A stretch of 64,000 nt of DNA, taken from positions 1 to 64,000 of the forward strand of contig JACRCW010000008.1 in NCBI GenBank assembly GCA_016218805.1, given 5' to 3'. Of this stretch, positions 53,999 to 62,566 are shown piece after piece; within the stretch, counting starts at the first letter, position 1; every line of letters begins with the position of its first letter. This stretch comes from Deltaproteobacteria bacterium. GTDB lineage: Bacteria > Myxococcota > JACRCW01. The notes beneath the pieces are model-generated. The model had not been told where the DNA came from, ran no database searches, and saw only the letters and a list, made by a program, of their open reading frames with translations. Position numbers and translations under genes: made by a program.

Positions 53999-55702
53999 TC
54001 AGCGCAGTTCGCGCGTGATGCTGCGCCGCTCACCGGCCCTGAGCGTGATGGGAATGGCCGCCCGGAGATTCTCGTCGTCGTTGACCAGCGTGATGGTGTG
54101 CTTGCCGGATGGAATGGACATGTCCGCCACTGGGGTGAAGCGCCCGGAGTCCTTCCCGTCAATGAACACGCGCGCCCAGGGATTGCTCTGCAGCGTGAGC
54201 CACGCCTCGCCTGCCGCGGACGGCTCGGCGGGGCGCGGGCGCGGCCGCGGGGGATCCGGCACGCGTGACACCGCGGGGGCGGGCGCAGGCGGGGCGGGGA
54301 CCTGCTCGGGTGCCACCAGCATCACCGTGGACGACCGGCCGGCCGCGACCTCCGCGCGCGTGCGCGCGCTCCGCCCGTCCGGCCAGCGCGCCTCCACCTC
54401 CGCCCCACCCGGGGCCAGCACGCGCTCCACGGGTGACGGGGACGGTGCCGCCACGCCGTCCACCAGGATCCGCGCGCCGGGCGGCTGGGTGTCCACGCGC
54501 AGCGAGCCGGTCACCGGCGCCGGTTCAACGGCCAGCATGCGCCAGCCGGCCAGCGCGCCCACCAGGGCCACCGCTCCCGCGGCGCCCAGCAGCGCCATGC
54601 GCCCCGCCGCTGGCCCGCCCGCCGGGGAACGCAACGCCGGTTCGGTGGGTTCCGCGGGGCCGGCGGCCAGCGCGCGCGGCGGGGTGGCGGAGGAGAAGCT
54701 GGCCGCGGCGGGGACGCGGTCCGGGTGGCGGGCCAGTTCCTCCACAACGCCCGCATAGTGGCGCTGCAGCTGGTGCTCGCGTTCGATCTCGTCCGGGAAC
54801 AGCTGCTGCATCAGCGCCGCCACGCGCGGGGCACCCACGGACCAGCCCTGCGCCTGCGCCACGCGGTCCAACGCGGACAGCATGTGCGTGGCGTCCTGGA
54901 AACGGTCCGCCACGGCGCGGGCCAGCGCGCGGTCCACCGCCGCCACCAGGTCGGCGGGCAGCGAGGGCACCAGCGTCGGCAGCGCGTCGTAGGTGCCGGC
55001 CATGGTCAGCTTCAGCGCCTCCACCTCGCTGTTGGCAATGCGCATGCGCCGCATGGCCAGCAGCTCATACAGCACCACGCCCATGGCGTAGATGTCCGCG
55101 CGTTGGTCCGTCTGCAGTGATTCCACCTGCTCCGGCGCCAGGTACCCCATCTTCCCCTTGATGTTCCCCGTGGTGGTGTGCGTGAGCCGGTTGGCCGCCT
55201 TGGCAATGCCAAAATCCGCCAGGCGCACGCTGCCGTCATACCCCACCATGATGTTCTGCGGGCTCACGTCACGGTGGACAATGCCCATGCTGCGGCCTGA
55301 CGAGTCCATCTTCTGGTGCGCGTGCGCCAGTCCCGCCGTCGCCAGCAGCGCGATGTGCAGCGCCACATCCGTGGGGATGCGGATGCCGCGGCGGAGCGCG
55401 CTGCCAATGACCTGGCTCAGCGGCGCACCGGCCACGTAATCCATGGCCATGAAGTACGAGTCCCCCTCCTTGCCCAGGTCCAGCACGGACAGGATGTTGG
55501 GATGGCTGAGCGACGCGGCGATGCGGGCCTCGTCGATGAACATGCTCACCGAGTCCGGCTCCTGCGCCATGTGCGGCAGGATGCGCTTGACCGCCACCTG
55601 GCGGGAGAATCCCGCCGTGCCAACGGTGGCAGCGCGGAACACCTCGGCCATGCCGCCGGCGCCCACGCGCTGAAGCAGGATGTATCGGCCGTAGCGCTCC
55701 AC
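53999..55702 (-). CDS. Membrane Ser/Thr protein kinase with extracellular PEGA domains
   Basis: GAGGMAEV, VAVK, HRDVSPQN, DFG, APE, TM helix, L.VDTQP.GA.I.VDG, S.PWA.V.IDG...G.TP. Confidence 0.92.
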   Translation of the reverse strand: MERYGRYILLQRVGAGGMAEVFRAATVGTAGFSRQVAVKRILPHMAQEPDSVSMFIDEARIAASLSHPNILSVLDLGKEGDSYFMAMDYVAGAPLSQVIGSALRRGIRIPTDVALHIALLATAGLAHAHQKMDSSGRSMGIVHRDVSPQNIMVGYDGSVRLADFGIAKAANRLTHTTTGNIKGKMGYLAPEQVESLQTDQRADIYAMGVVLYELLAMRRMRIANSEVEALKLTMAGTYDALPTLVPSLPADLVAAVDRALARAVADRFQDATHMLSALDRVAQAQGWSVGAPRVAALMQQLFPDEIEREHQLQRHYAGVVEELARHPDRVPAAASFSSATPPRALAAGPAEPTEPALRSPAGGPAAGRMALLGAAGAVALVGALAGWRMLAVEPAPVTGSLRVDTQPPGARILVDGVAAPSPSPVERVLAPGGAEVEARWPDGRSARTRAEVAAGRSSTVMLVAPEQVPAPPAPAPAVSRVPDPPRPRPRPAEPSAAGEAWLTLQSNPWARVFIDGKDSGRFTPVADMSIPSGKHTITLVNDDENLRAAIPITLRAGERRSITRELR

Positions 55703-55775
55703 CGCGGTGCATGCTGCGGCATGGCGCGGGGGTCCGTAAAGCCCCGGTGTGGCGCCGCCCCGGCGGAGGATCCGG

Positions 55776-56663
55776 TCAGCGCCGCGCGGGCGCGGGCGCC
55801 GGCGTCTCCAGGGACGCGAGCGTGTCCCGGGCCATGCGCCAGGTGGCGCAGGCGCCCTGCAGGTTGGTGGCGGGTGGACGGTCCAGCAGTGCGCGGGCAA
55901 ACGGCCGGGCCGCCTCCAACTCCGCGTCCCGCTCCTTGAGCTTTTCCTGGGCGCGCCCGAACACCGCCAGACTGCCCGCCAGGATCCGCGCGGAGGCCGC
56001 CAGCGGCCCGACGTCATCCGCGGGCCCGCTGCCACCGTCAACGGCGGGCGTGTTGGCGCCGGGGGCGGCGCACACGGTGTCCAGGGCTTTGCGGGTTTCA
56101 TCACGGATGGCGTCGGCGCCGCGGCGCCCGGCCAGCACGTTGCGCAGGGCCTCGGCCGCCAGGCCCCACGCGGCGGCCACCTGCGCGTCATCCGCAGAGC
56201 GCAGGCGGCGGGACGGAAGCGGGCACCGGGCCGCACGCACCACGTCATCCTGCACGCCCACGGAAGGGGCCTCCACGCCGCCCTGGTCCTGCGTGATGTT
56301 CCGCACGCGGGTCACCCTCCAACGGCCGTCCGTGCGCGCAAAGGACACCTGGCTGCCGGCCACGCGCGCGTCCGCCGTGCAGCTGTTGGGGGCGGCGGCA
56401 ATCAGCGGGAGCGCTGCCGTAGCGTCGGCCGGGAACCCGCGCGCCAGCAGGCGCCCGTCAAACAGCGAGCACCCATCCGGCGTGACCACGTCTTCGCCGG
56501 CGGCGGCGCGGCGGCCCAGCTCCACCAGCCCCGAGGCGCGGTCCGGTCCGCTGCACGTGTCCCCGGCGGGGAGCGGCGCGGGTTGCGGCGGGGGAGCACG
56601 GCGGCAGGCGGGGGCGAAAGCGAGGGCAAGGCCGACGGGGACGGTGCACCATGCGCGCAGCAT
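55776..56663 (-). CDS. Hypothetical lipoprotein
   Basis: Lipobox-like FAPAC after a hydrophobic stretch; Pro-rich linker. Confidence 0.5.
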   Translation of the reverse strand: MLRAWCTVPVGLALAFAPACRRAPPPQPAPLPAGDTCSGPDRASGLVELGRRAAAGEDVVTPDGCSLFDGRLLARGFPADATAALPLIAAAPNSCTADARVAGSQVSFARTDGRWRVTRVRNITQDQGGVEAPSVGVQDDVVRAARCPLPSRRLRSADDAQVAAAWGLAAEALRNVLAGRRGADAIRDETRKALDTVCAAPGANTPAVDGGSGPADDVGPLAASARILAGSLAVFGRAQEKLKERDAELEAARPFARALLDRPPATNLQGACATWRMARDTLASLETPAPAPARR

Positions 56664-56700
56664 GCCGCGCGTTGTACACACGCGGCAGGCGGGGTGTCAC

Positions 56701-57183
56701 ATGTCGCCCGGAGATGCACCCGTGGAAACGCTGACGGCCACCCTGCGCCAGGTCCTGGCCGACGACGCGTGGGTGCTGGGCCTGGCGGTGGTCACCGGGC
56801 TGGCCACGGTGCCGCTCACCGCATGGGTGCTGGTGCTGATGCCGGAGGATTACTTTGTTGCGGACGCGCGGCCGTTCCTGGCGGGCCGCCCGTTGTGGCT
56901 GCGCGTGTTGGCCACCGTGGTGAAGAACCTGGCGGCCTCCGTGCTGCTGGCGCTGGGCCTGGTGATGACGGTGCCGGGGATTCCGGGCCAGGGGCTGCTC
57001 ACCCTGTTTGTGGGCGTGCTGCTGCTGGACTTTCCGGGCAAGCGCGCGCTGGAGCGGCGGTTGTTCCAGCTGGCGCCGGTCCACCGGGTTGCCAACGCGG
57101 TGCGCGCGCGGTTCAAACGCGCGCCGCTGCTGGGGCTGGACCGGCCGGCGCACCCCCACGCCACGTCGAAACCCGCAGATTGA
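56701..57183 (+). CDS. PGPGW-like small membrane protein
   Basis: MPEDYF, KN...LL..G..M..PG.PGQGLLT...G..LLDFPGK. Confidence 0.75.
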   Translation: MSPGDAPVETLTATLRQVLADDAWVLGLAVVTGLATVPLTAWVLVLMPEDYFVADARPFLAGRPLWLRVLATVVKNLAASVLLALGLVMTVPGIPGQGLLTLFVGVLLLDFPGKRALERRLFQLAPVHRVANAVRARFKRAPLLGLDRPAHPHATSKPAD

Positions 57184-57191
57184 CGGCGCGC

Positions 57192-57623
57192 TCAGAGCAC
57201 ACGGCGCATCCAGTGGTGCGCAATCCCGCACTCCACGAATCCGTCGGAGCACGTGCAGAAGCCCATCGCCTCGTAGAACGGGATCGCATGGTCCTGTGCG
57301 GCCAGCCGCACCTCGTGCCACCTGCGCTCCCCGGCCGCCTGGAGGAGGAACTCCATGACCAGCCGGCCCGCACCGCGCCGGCGATGCGACGCCAACACCG
57401 CCATGCGGCCGATCTTCGCGTACGCGTGCGTGGCATCCGGCGGGATGAGTCGCCCCGTCGCCACGGCCTGGTCGCCATCAAGCACCAGGACGTGCAGGGA
57501 CACCGCGTCCAGCGCGTCCAACTCCTCCTCCGCCGGCACCTGCTGCTCATCCACAAACACCCGGAAACGGATGGCGTACGCCTGCTGGAGGTCCGCTTCC
57601 GACGACACCACGCGCGTGCGCAT
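57192..57623 (-). CDS. GNAT acetyltransferase (ElaA/YjcF-like)
   Basis: IR..VFV.EQ.VP..EE.D..D, KIGRMAV...R..G.G, AQ..A..FYE..GF. Confidence 0.9.
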   Translation of the reverse strand: MRTRVVSSEADLQQAYAIRFRVFVDEQQVPAEEELDALDAVSLHVLVLDGDQAVATGRLIPPDATHAYAKIGRMAVLASHRRRGAGRLVMEFLLQAAGERRWHEVRLAAQDHAIPFYEAMGFCTCSDGFVECGIAHHWMRRVL

Positions 57624-57705
57624 GTCCACCCGAGTAGCGCAGCGCGGCCGCCCACGCCAACCGCGCCGCATCCATGCTGGCGGTTGTTGGTGTAGCGTCA
57701 CCCGC

Positions 57706-58599
57706 ATGCGACCGCCGTTTGCGCTGTACGCCGTCCTGCTGCTCGCCGGGTGCACCGGTGGCGGCGGCTCCAGTTCCTCGTCGTCATCCTCGTCGTCGTC
57801 CGGGGCCGGGGGCTCTTCGTCGGGGCCGGCGTCCTCGTCCGCGGCGTCCTCGTCGGGTGCGGCGGCGGTGCCGGAGCAGGAGCCCAACGACGGTGCGACG
57901 GCGGCGGACGTGAACGCGGGCACGGTGCCGGGCACGTTTGCCGGCGCGGTGGACCCCGCGGATGACATGGACATCTTTGCGTTTGATCTCACGGTGGGGA
58001 CGGTGCTGGCGTGGACGCTGTCCACGCCGGGTGGCGTCATGGCACCGCACCTGGCGCTCAGCCAGGACGGCAACCGCGTCCCCACCATGGTGGCGCGCGC
58101 GGCGGCCGGCGGCGCGGCACGGCAGGAGCACTTTGTGCTGGAAGGCGGTCGCTATTACGCCATCATGCGTGACGCGCGGAACGTGCCCGCTGCCGCGTCC
58201 GCCCACGTCGGGTCGGCGCAGCATGCCTGGCAGCTGGCGGTGACAACGCTGGCCAAGACGCCGCGCACGGTGAGTTTTCCCGCGGATGAATCCGGGATGC
58301 TGGAGTCGGTGACCGCCATAGAAACCTGGCAATTCACCGCCACCGCCGGGATGGCGTTTGACATTGTCCTCCATGCGCGGCGCAAGACGCCCCCCTCTGA
58401 CATGGATTCCCGGCTGTCGCTCTTTCACGCAGACGCTGCCGACTGGATCATCACCAACGACGACGACCTGGCCGAGTCCACGGTGGACTCGCACGTGGGT
58501 GGCACGCTGACCGCAGCGGGGAGCTACATCGTCGTGGTGGAGAACGTGGAACCGGCGGCCACGGACCTGGGCTACCAGCTGGTGTTCTCGTTGCGTTGA
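57706..58599 (+). CDS. Lipoprotein with Ser-rich linker and two PPC-like domains
   Basis: Lipobox LAGC; EQEPND; D.DIF.F; DS.L.L....ITNDD.....DS......G.Y.VVV. Confidence 0.8.
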   Translation: MRPPFALYAVLLLAGCTGGGGSSSSSSSSSSSGAGGSSSGPASSSAASSSGAAAVPEQEPNDGATAADVNAGTVPGTFAGAVDPADDMDIFAFDLTVGTVLAWTLSTPGGVMAPHLALSQDGNRVPTMVARAAAGGAARQEHFVLEGGRYYAIMRDARNVPAAASAHVGSAQHAWQLAVTTLAKTPRTVSFPADESGMLESVTAIETWQFTATAGMAFDIVLHARRKTPPSDMDSRLSLFHADAADWIITNDDDLAESTVDSHVGGTLTAAGSYIVVVENVEPAATDLGYQLVFSLR

Positions 58600-58613
58600 G
58601 CACGGGGTGCCCC

Positions 58614-59045
58614 ATGGCAGAACCCACGCAGTGTCCGTGTTCCTCCGGCCGCGCCTACGCGGACTGTTGTCGCCCCTACCACCGGGACGGCGTGGAGCCG
58701 CCCACGCCGGAGGCGTTGATGCGGTCGCGCTATTCGGCGTTTGCGCTCAAACAGGTGGAGCACCTGGTCCGCACGCTCCACCCGGACAACGCGGATTCCC
58801 GCCGGCCCGTGGATGTGTTGAAGCGGGAGCTCAAAAAGAACTGCAACCGGTTCACCTACCCGGCGCTGGTTGTGCTGGACGCGCGTGACCAGGACGCGGC
58901 GCGTGACGCGTGGGTCCGGTTCCGTGCCACCGTGCTGGACGGTTCCCGGGATTGCTCGTTCACGGAGGAGTCCCGCTTCCGGCGCGCGCACGGCGGCTGG
59001 CGCTACCTGGACGGAAAGGTGCTGCCGCCGGGACGGGATCATTGA
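58614..59045 (+). CDS. YchJ family (SEC-C motif) protein
   Basis: CPCSSG..Y..CC..YH, PEALMRSRYSAF, E.S.F....G.WRYLDG. Confidence 0.9.
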   Translation: MAEPTQCPCSSGRAYADCCRPYHRDGVEPPTPEALMRSRYSAFALKQVEHLVRTLHPDNADSRRPVDVLKRELKKNCNRFTYPALVVLDARDQDAARDAWVRFRATVLDGSRDCSFTEESRFRRAHGGWRYLDGKVLPPGRDH

Positions 59046-59110
59046 CGGAGCGCGCCTGCCGTGCGGCGGCGCACGCGCGTCTGACGCAGGTGTGGACTAG
59101 GGTCACCGGC

Positions 59111-59767
59111 ATGCGGGCGGCGGCGTTCTTTGATCTGGACGGCACCTTGCTCACGGTGAACTCCGCGAAGCTGTGGGTGCGCTACGAGCGCCGCCTGGGC
59201 CGTCTCAGCGTGCGGCAGGCGGCGCGCGGGGCGTTCCTGCTGGCGCGCTACCGGCTGGGCACGCTGGACATGGAACGCGTGCTCCGCGAGGTGCTGGGGA
59301 CGGTGGCGGGCCTGGAGGAGGAGGCGCTGCGCCAGGAGACGCGCGCGTGGTGGCGCACGGAGGTGCGCCCGTTCGTCGCGCCCGGGGCGCGCGCGGTGAT
59401 TGACACACACCGCAAGCGTGGCGAGCCCGTGGTGCTGTTGACGTCGAGTTCGCGCTACGCGTCCGAGATGGCCCGCGAGGAGTTTGGCCTGGACGACATC
59501 CTGTACCAGGCCTACGAGGTGCGCGACGGGCGCTTCACCGGCCTGCCGCTGTCCCCCATCTGCTACGGGCCGGGCAAGGTGGACGCCGCCGAGGCGTGGG
59601 CCCGCGCGCACGACGTGGACGTGGGACAGAGCAGCTTCTACTCGGACAGCTCCACGGACATCCCCATGCTGTCCCGCGTGGCGCGGGCCTTTGCCGTGCA
59701 CCCCGACCCGGTCCTGCGCTGGACGGCGCGGCGGCGCGGCTGGCCCACGCTGGACTGGCGCCGTTGA
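59111..59767 (+). CDS. HAD-IB (SerB-like) hydrolase
   Basis: AAFFDLDGTL, LLTSS, G.GK, FYSDS..D.P.L, V.PD..L...A...GW. Confidence 0.9.
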   Translation: MRAAAFFDLDGTLLTVNSAKLWVRYERRLGRLSVRQAARGAFLLARYRLGTLDMERVLREVLGTVAGLEEEALRQETRAWWRTEVRPFVAPGARAVIDTHRKRGEPVVLLTSSSRYASEMAREEFGLDDILYQAYEVRDGRFTGLPLSPICYGPGKVDAAEAWARAHDVDVGQSSFYSDSSTDIPMLSRVARAFAVHPDPVLRWTARRRGWPTLDWRR

Positions 59768-59801
59768 CCGGGCCCCGCGCGTGGGGCTGCAATGCGGTCC
59801 C

Positions 59802-62519
59802 ATGCTCGTGTGCACCAGCTGCGGCGGCGTGTTCGACGACGGGTACGACCTGTGCTCGTTTGACGGCGGCGCGCTGGACCAGCCGTTCCGTGGACCGCGC
59901 GTGCTGGGCGAGCGGTGGATGCTGGAGCAGAAGCTGGCCCAGGGGGCAATGGGGGTGGTGTTCCGCGCGACGCACCTGCAGGTGGGCAACGCCGCCGCGG
60001 TGAAGCTGATGCTGCCCCAGGGGGATGACCTGCAGGTTGCGCTGGCGCGCTTCCACCGCGAGGCGCAGGTGCTGGGACTGGTAAGACATCCCAACGCGGT
60101 ACTGGTGATGGACTTTGGTGTTGACGAGCGGGCGGGTGTGGCCGTGCCGTACCTGGTCACGGAGCTGCTGCGCGGGGAATCGCTGGAGGAACTGCTGGAA
60201 CGCCGCGGGTCGCTGCCGCTGGAGGAGGTGGAGCGCATCCTGGTGCCGCTGTGTGACGCCGTGGAGGAGGCGCACCAGGTGGGCGTGGTGCACCGGGATC
60301 TCAAGCCCTCCAACGTCTTCTTGGAGCGCCTGCGTGACGGTCACGAGGTGGTGAAGGTGTTGGACTTCGGCATCGCCAAGTTCATTGAGCTCACGGAGGA
60401 AGGCCTGCGGCGCCGCGCGCTGCCCGCAGCGGTGGAGGTGCCGGAGGGGGCATTTGTTGACGAGATCCTGGAGGTGCGCAGCGGCGGGCAGGGGACGGTG
60501 TCACTGCGCAGGGCGGAGCGGGCCGGGCCACGCAAGTCCGCCGAGGACGCCATCACCGAAGCGGGCTTCATGGTGGGGACCATCCCGTTCATGGCGCCGG
60601 AGCAGATCACCGGAGGACGCATCAGCCGGCAGACGGACGTGTATGCCGCCGCGGCGCTGGCGTTTGTGGCGCTGGCCGGGCGCCTCCCGTTTGAAGGCGA
60701 CGACGATGACATCATTGACGCCAAGCTTGCCGACGAGCGCCCGAGCCTGCGCGCCCTGGGGATTGACGTGCCGGCAGAGCTGGACGCGTTGCTGCGGCGG
60801 TGCATGGCCCTACAGCCGGCGGAGCGCCCGGGCAGCGTGCTGGTGGTGTCAGAGGCGCTGAGCGCAACGGTCCGCCGCCGTGCACAGCGGACGGGTGCCG
60901 ACGGGGTCGCCGTGCTGGGCCGTTGCCTGGCCGGGCTGGATGCGGTGGTGGAGGCGCTGGAGGGCTTCAAGCGCGGGACGGATACGGAGGCCGCGTATGA
61001 GCAGGCGCGCGATGGCCTGCTCACGCTCCTGGACGTGTCCGCCCGGCTGCGGCTGCTGGCCCCGGTGGACCCGGCCCTGTCACAGCCTGCGCACGCGGCG
61101 GCGCGCGCGCGGGCCGAACATGCGCTCACGGAGGTCACGCGGTTGGTGGCCGCAGTGCGCCAGCTGGACGGTGGGGACCCACGCATGCACGACTACCTGG
61201 CCGCGTTGTGGGCCCGGGCTCACGGCCCGCTGACGCGCGCGCTGGATGAGGTCCGCGCGCGCGCTCCCGGTGAAGGGACCGCGCAGCCGGCCGCGGTGTC
61301 CGCGGTGGCCCTGGCCCCCGGACCGCAGGAGGTGGAAAGTGTGCGCGCCGCCGTGGCGCTGCTGGATGCGGGGGACGCGTTGGACGCCGCGGACGCGGTG
61401 GACTCCCTGCTGGAAGAACGTCTGGAGACCCTGTTGTCGGTCGTGGCCCAACCCGGGCTCGTGGACGATGCGGCGCGCGAGGCGCTGGTCCACGGACTGT
61501 TCCGCCACGCGGACGCGGTGCTGCTCGCGGACATGTCGTCGTCCGGGCGGCGGATGCGGGTGGCACCGTTCCTATGCCGTGCGCCGGGGCTGGCCTCCGC
61601 GGCGCGGTTCAGCCAGGCCGTGGCGCTGCTGTCTGACCCCGCGCCGGACGTGGGGCAGGTTGTCGCCGCGCCTGACGACGGCGGCGGGCCTGTGTTGCTG
61701 CGGTGCCTGCTGTTGCACCCGGACGCCCTGGTGCGTGCCCGCGCCGCGGCGGCGCTGTCCCCGCAGGACTTTTGGACGGTGGCGGTCCACGCCGCGGCGC
61801 CGTTGTGGGCGGTGCGCACGGTGTTTGAGCGCGCGGCGGCGGTAGCGCCGCCCGAGTACCTCAAGGTGTTCTTTCTCCTTGTCCGCGAGAACGTTGCCGC
61901 GGCCATGCACCCGGACGCCATCCGCGAGGCGTTCCACCTGCTGCGCGCGTTCTTTGCCGTCCCCGCGTTTCACGAGGACGTGGTGTTTGAGCCGCTGCTG
62001 GACCTGGACCGCACGCTGCGCGCCCGCGCCTCCGCGGCGGGGCTGCCGGTTCCCGGCGCGGAGGCGTATGACGACGTGGTGGCCGGTTTCGCCGCCGTGG
62101 GTGCGGTGGAGACCCAGGCGCCGGCATCCATGACGTCCGTCCCGCTGCCCATCCAGCGCCGCCTGGCGCGTGAAGGGTATTTCCTCGCGTACTTCGCGTG
62201 CCACGCCAACGAGCGCGTGGCCCGCGAGACGCTGCCCCACCTGCTGCGGCTGGAGGACGTCACGCGTTTCATCCGCGTGCCCACCATCCACCGCGCGGTG
62301 CTGGTGGAGCTGTCACGCAACAAGCGGTTCTTCCGCCAGGACGGCGCGCGGCTGGCGCTGCTGCAGAACCCGCGCACGCCCGCGCCCGTGGCGCGCATGT
62401 TCCTGCCGTTCCTGCCGCATGACCAGGTGCGGCTGCTTGCCGCCAACCGGCACATTGGCGCGGAGGTGCGGCAACTGGCGGAGCAGTACCTGGAGAAGCT
62501 CCCCCAGCGCATGAAGTGA
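59802..62519 (+). CDS. Cytoplasmic Ser/Thr protein kinase with N-terminal Zn-ribbon-like motif and helical C-terminus
   Basis: CxxC...C..DG; G.MG.V, AVK, HRDLKPSN, DFG, APE, TDVY. Confidence 0.88.
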   Translation: MLVCTSCGGVFDDGYDLCSFDGGALDQPFRGPRVLGERWMLEQKLAQGAMGVVFRATHLQVGNAAAVKLMLPQGDDLQVALARFHREAQVLGLVRHPNAVLVMDFGVDERAGVAVPYLVTELLRGESLEELLERRGSLPLEEVERILVPLCDAVEEAHQVGVVHRDLKPSNVFLERLRDGHEVVKVLDFGIAKFIELTEEGLRRRALPAAVEVPEGAFVDEILEVRSGGQGTVSLRRAERAGPRKSAEDAITEAGFMVGTIPFMAPEQITGGRISRQTDVYAAAALAFVALAGRLPFEGDDDDIIDAKLADERPSLRALGIDVPAELDALLRRCMALQPAERPGSVLVVSEALSATVRRRAQRTGADGVAVLGRCLAGLDAVVEALEGFKRGTDTEAAYEQARDGLLTLLDVSARLRLLAPVDPALSQPAHAAARARAEHALTEVTRLVAAVRQLDGGDPRMHDYLAALWARAHGPLTRALDEVRARAPGEGTAQPAAVSAVALAPGPQEVESVRAAVALLDAGDALDAADAVDSLLEERLETLLSVVAQPGLVDDAAREALVHGLFRHADAVLLADMSSSGRRMRVAPFLCRAPGLASAARFSQAVALLSDPAPDVGQVVAAPDDGGGPVLLRCLLLHPDALVRARAAAALSPQDFWTVAVHAAAPLWAVRTVFERAAAVAPPEYLKVFFLLVRENVAAAMHPDAIREAFHLLRAFFAVPAFHEDVVFEPLLDLDRTLRARASAAGLPVPGAEAYDDVVAGFAAVGAVETQAPASMTSVPLPIQRRLAREGYFLAYFACHANERVARETLPHLLRLEDVTRFIRVPTIHRAVLVELSRNKRFFRQDGARLALLQNPRTPAPVARMFLPFLPHDQVRLLAANRHIGAEVRQLAEQYLEKLPQRMK

Positions 62520-62566
62520 CGCGCCCTTGCGCACCGCGTGGGCCGCCGAAGTACGGTCCCAGCCGC

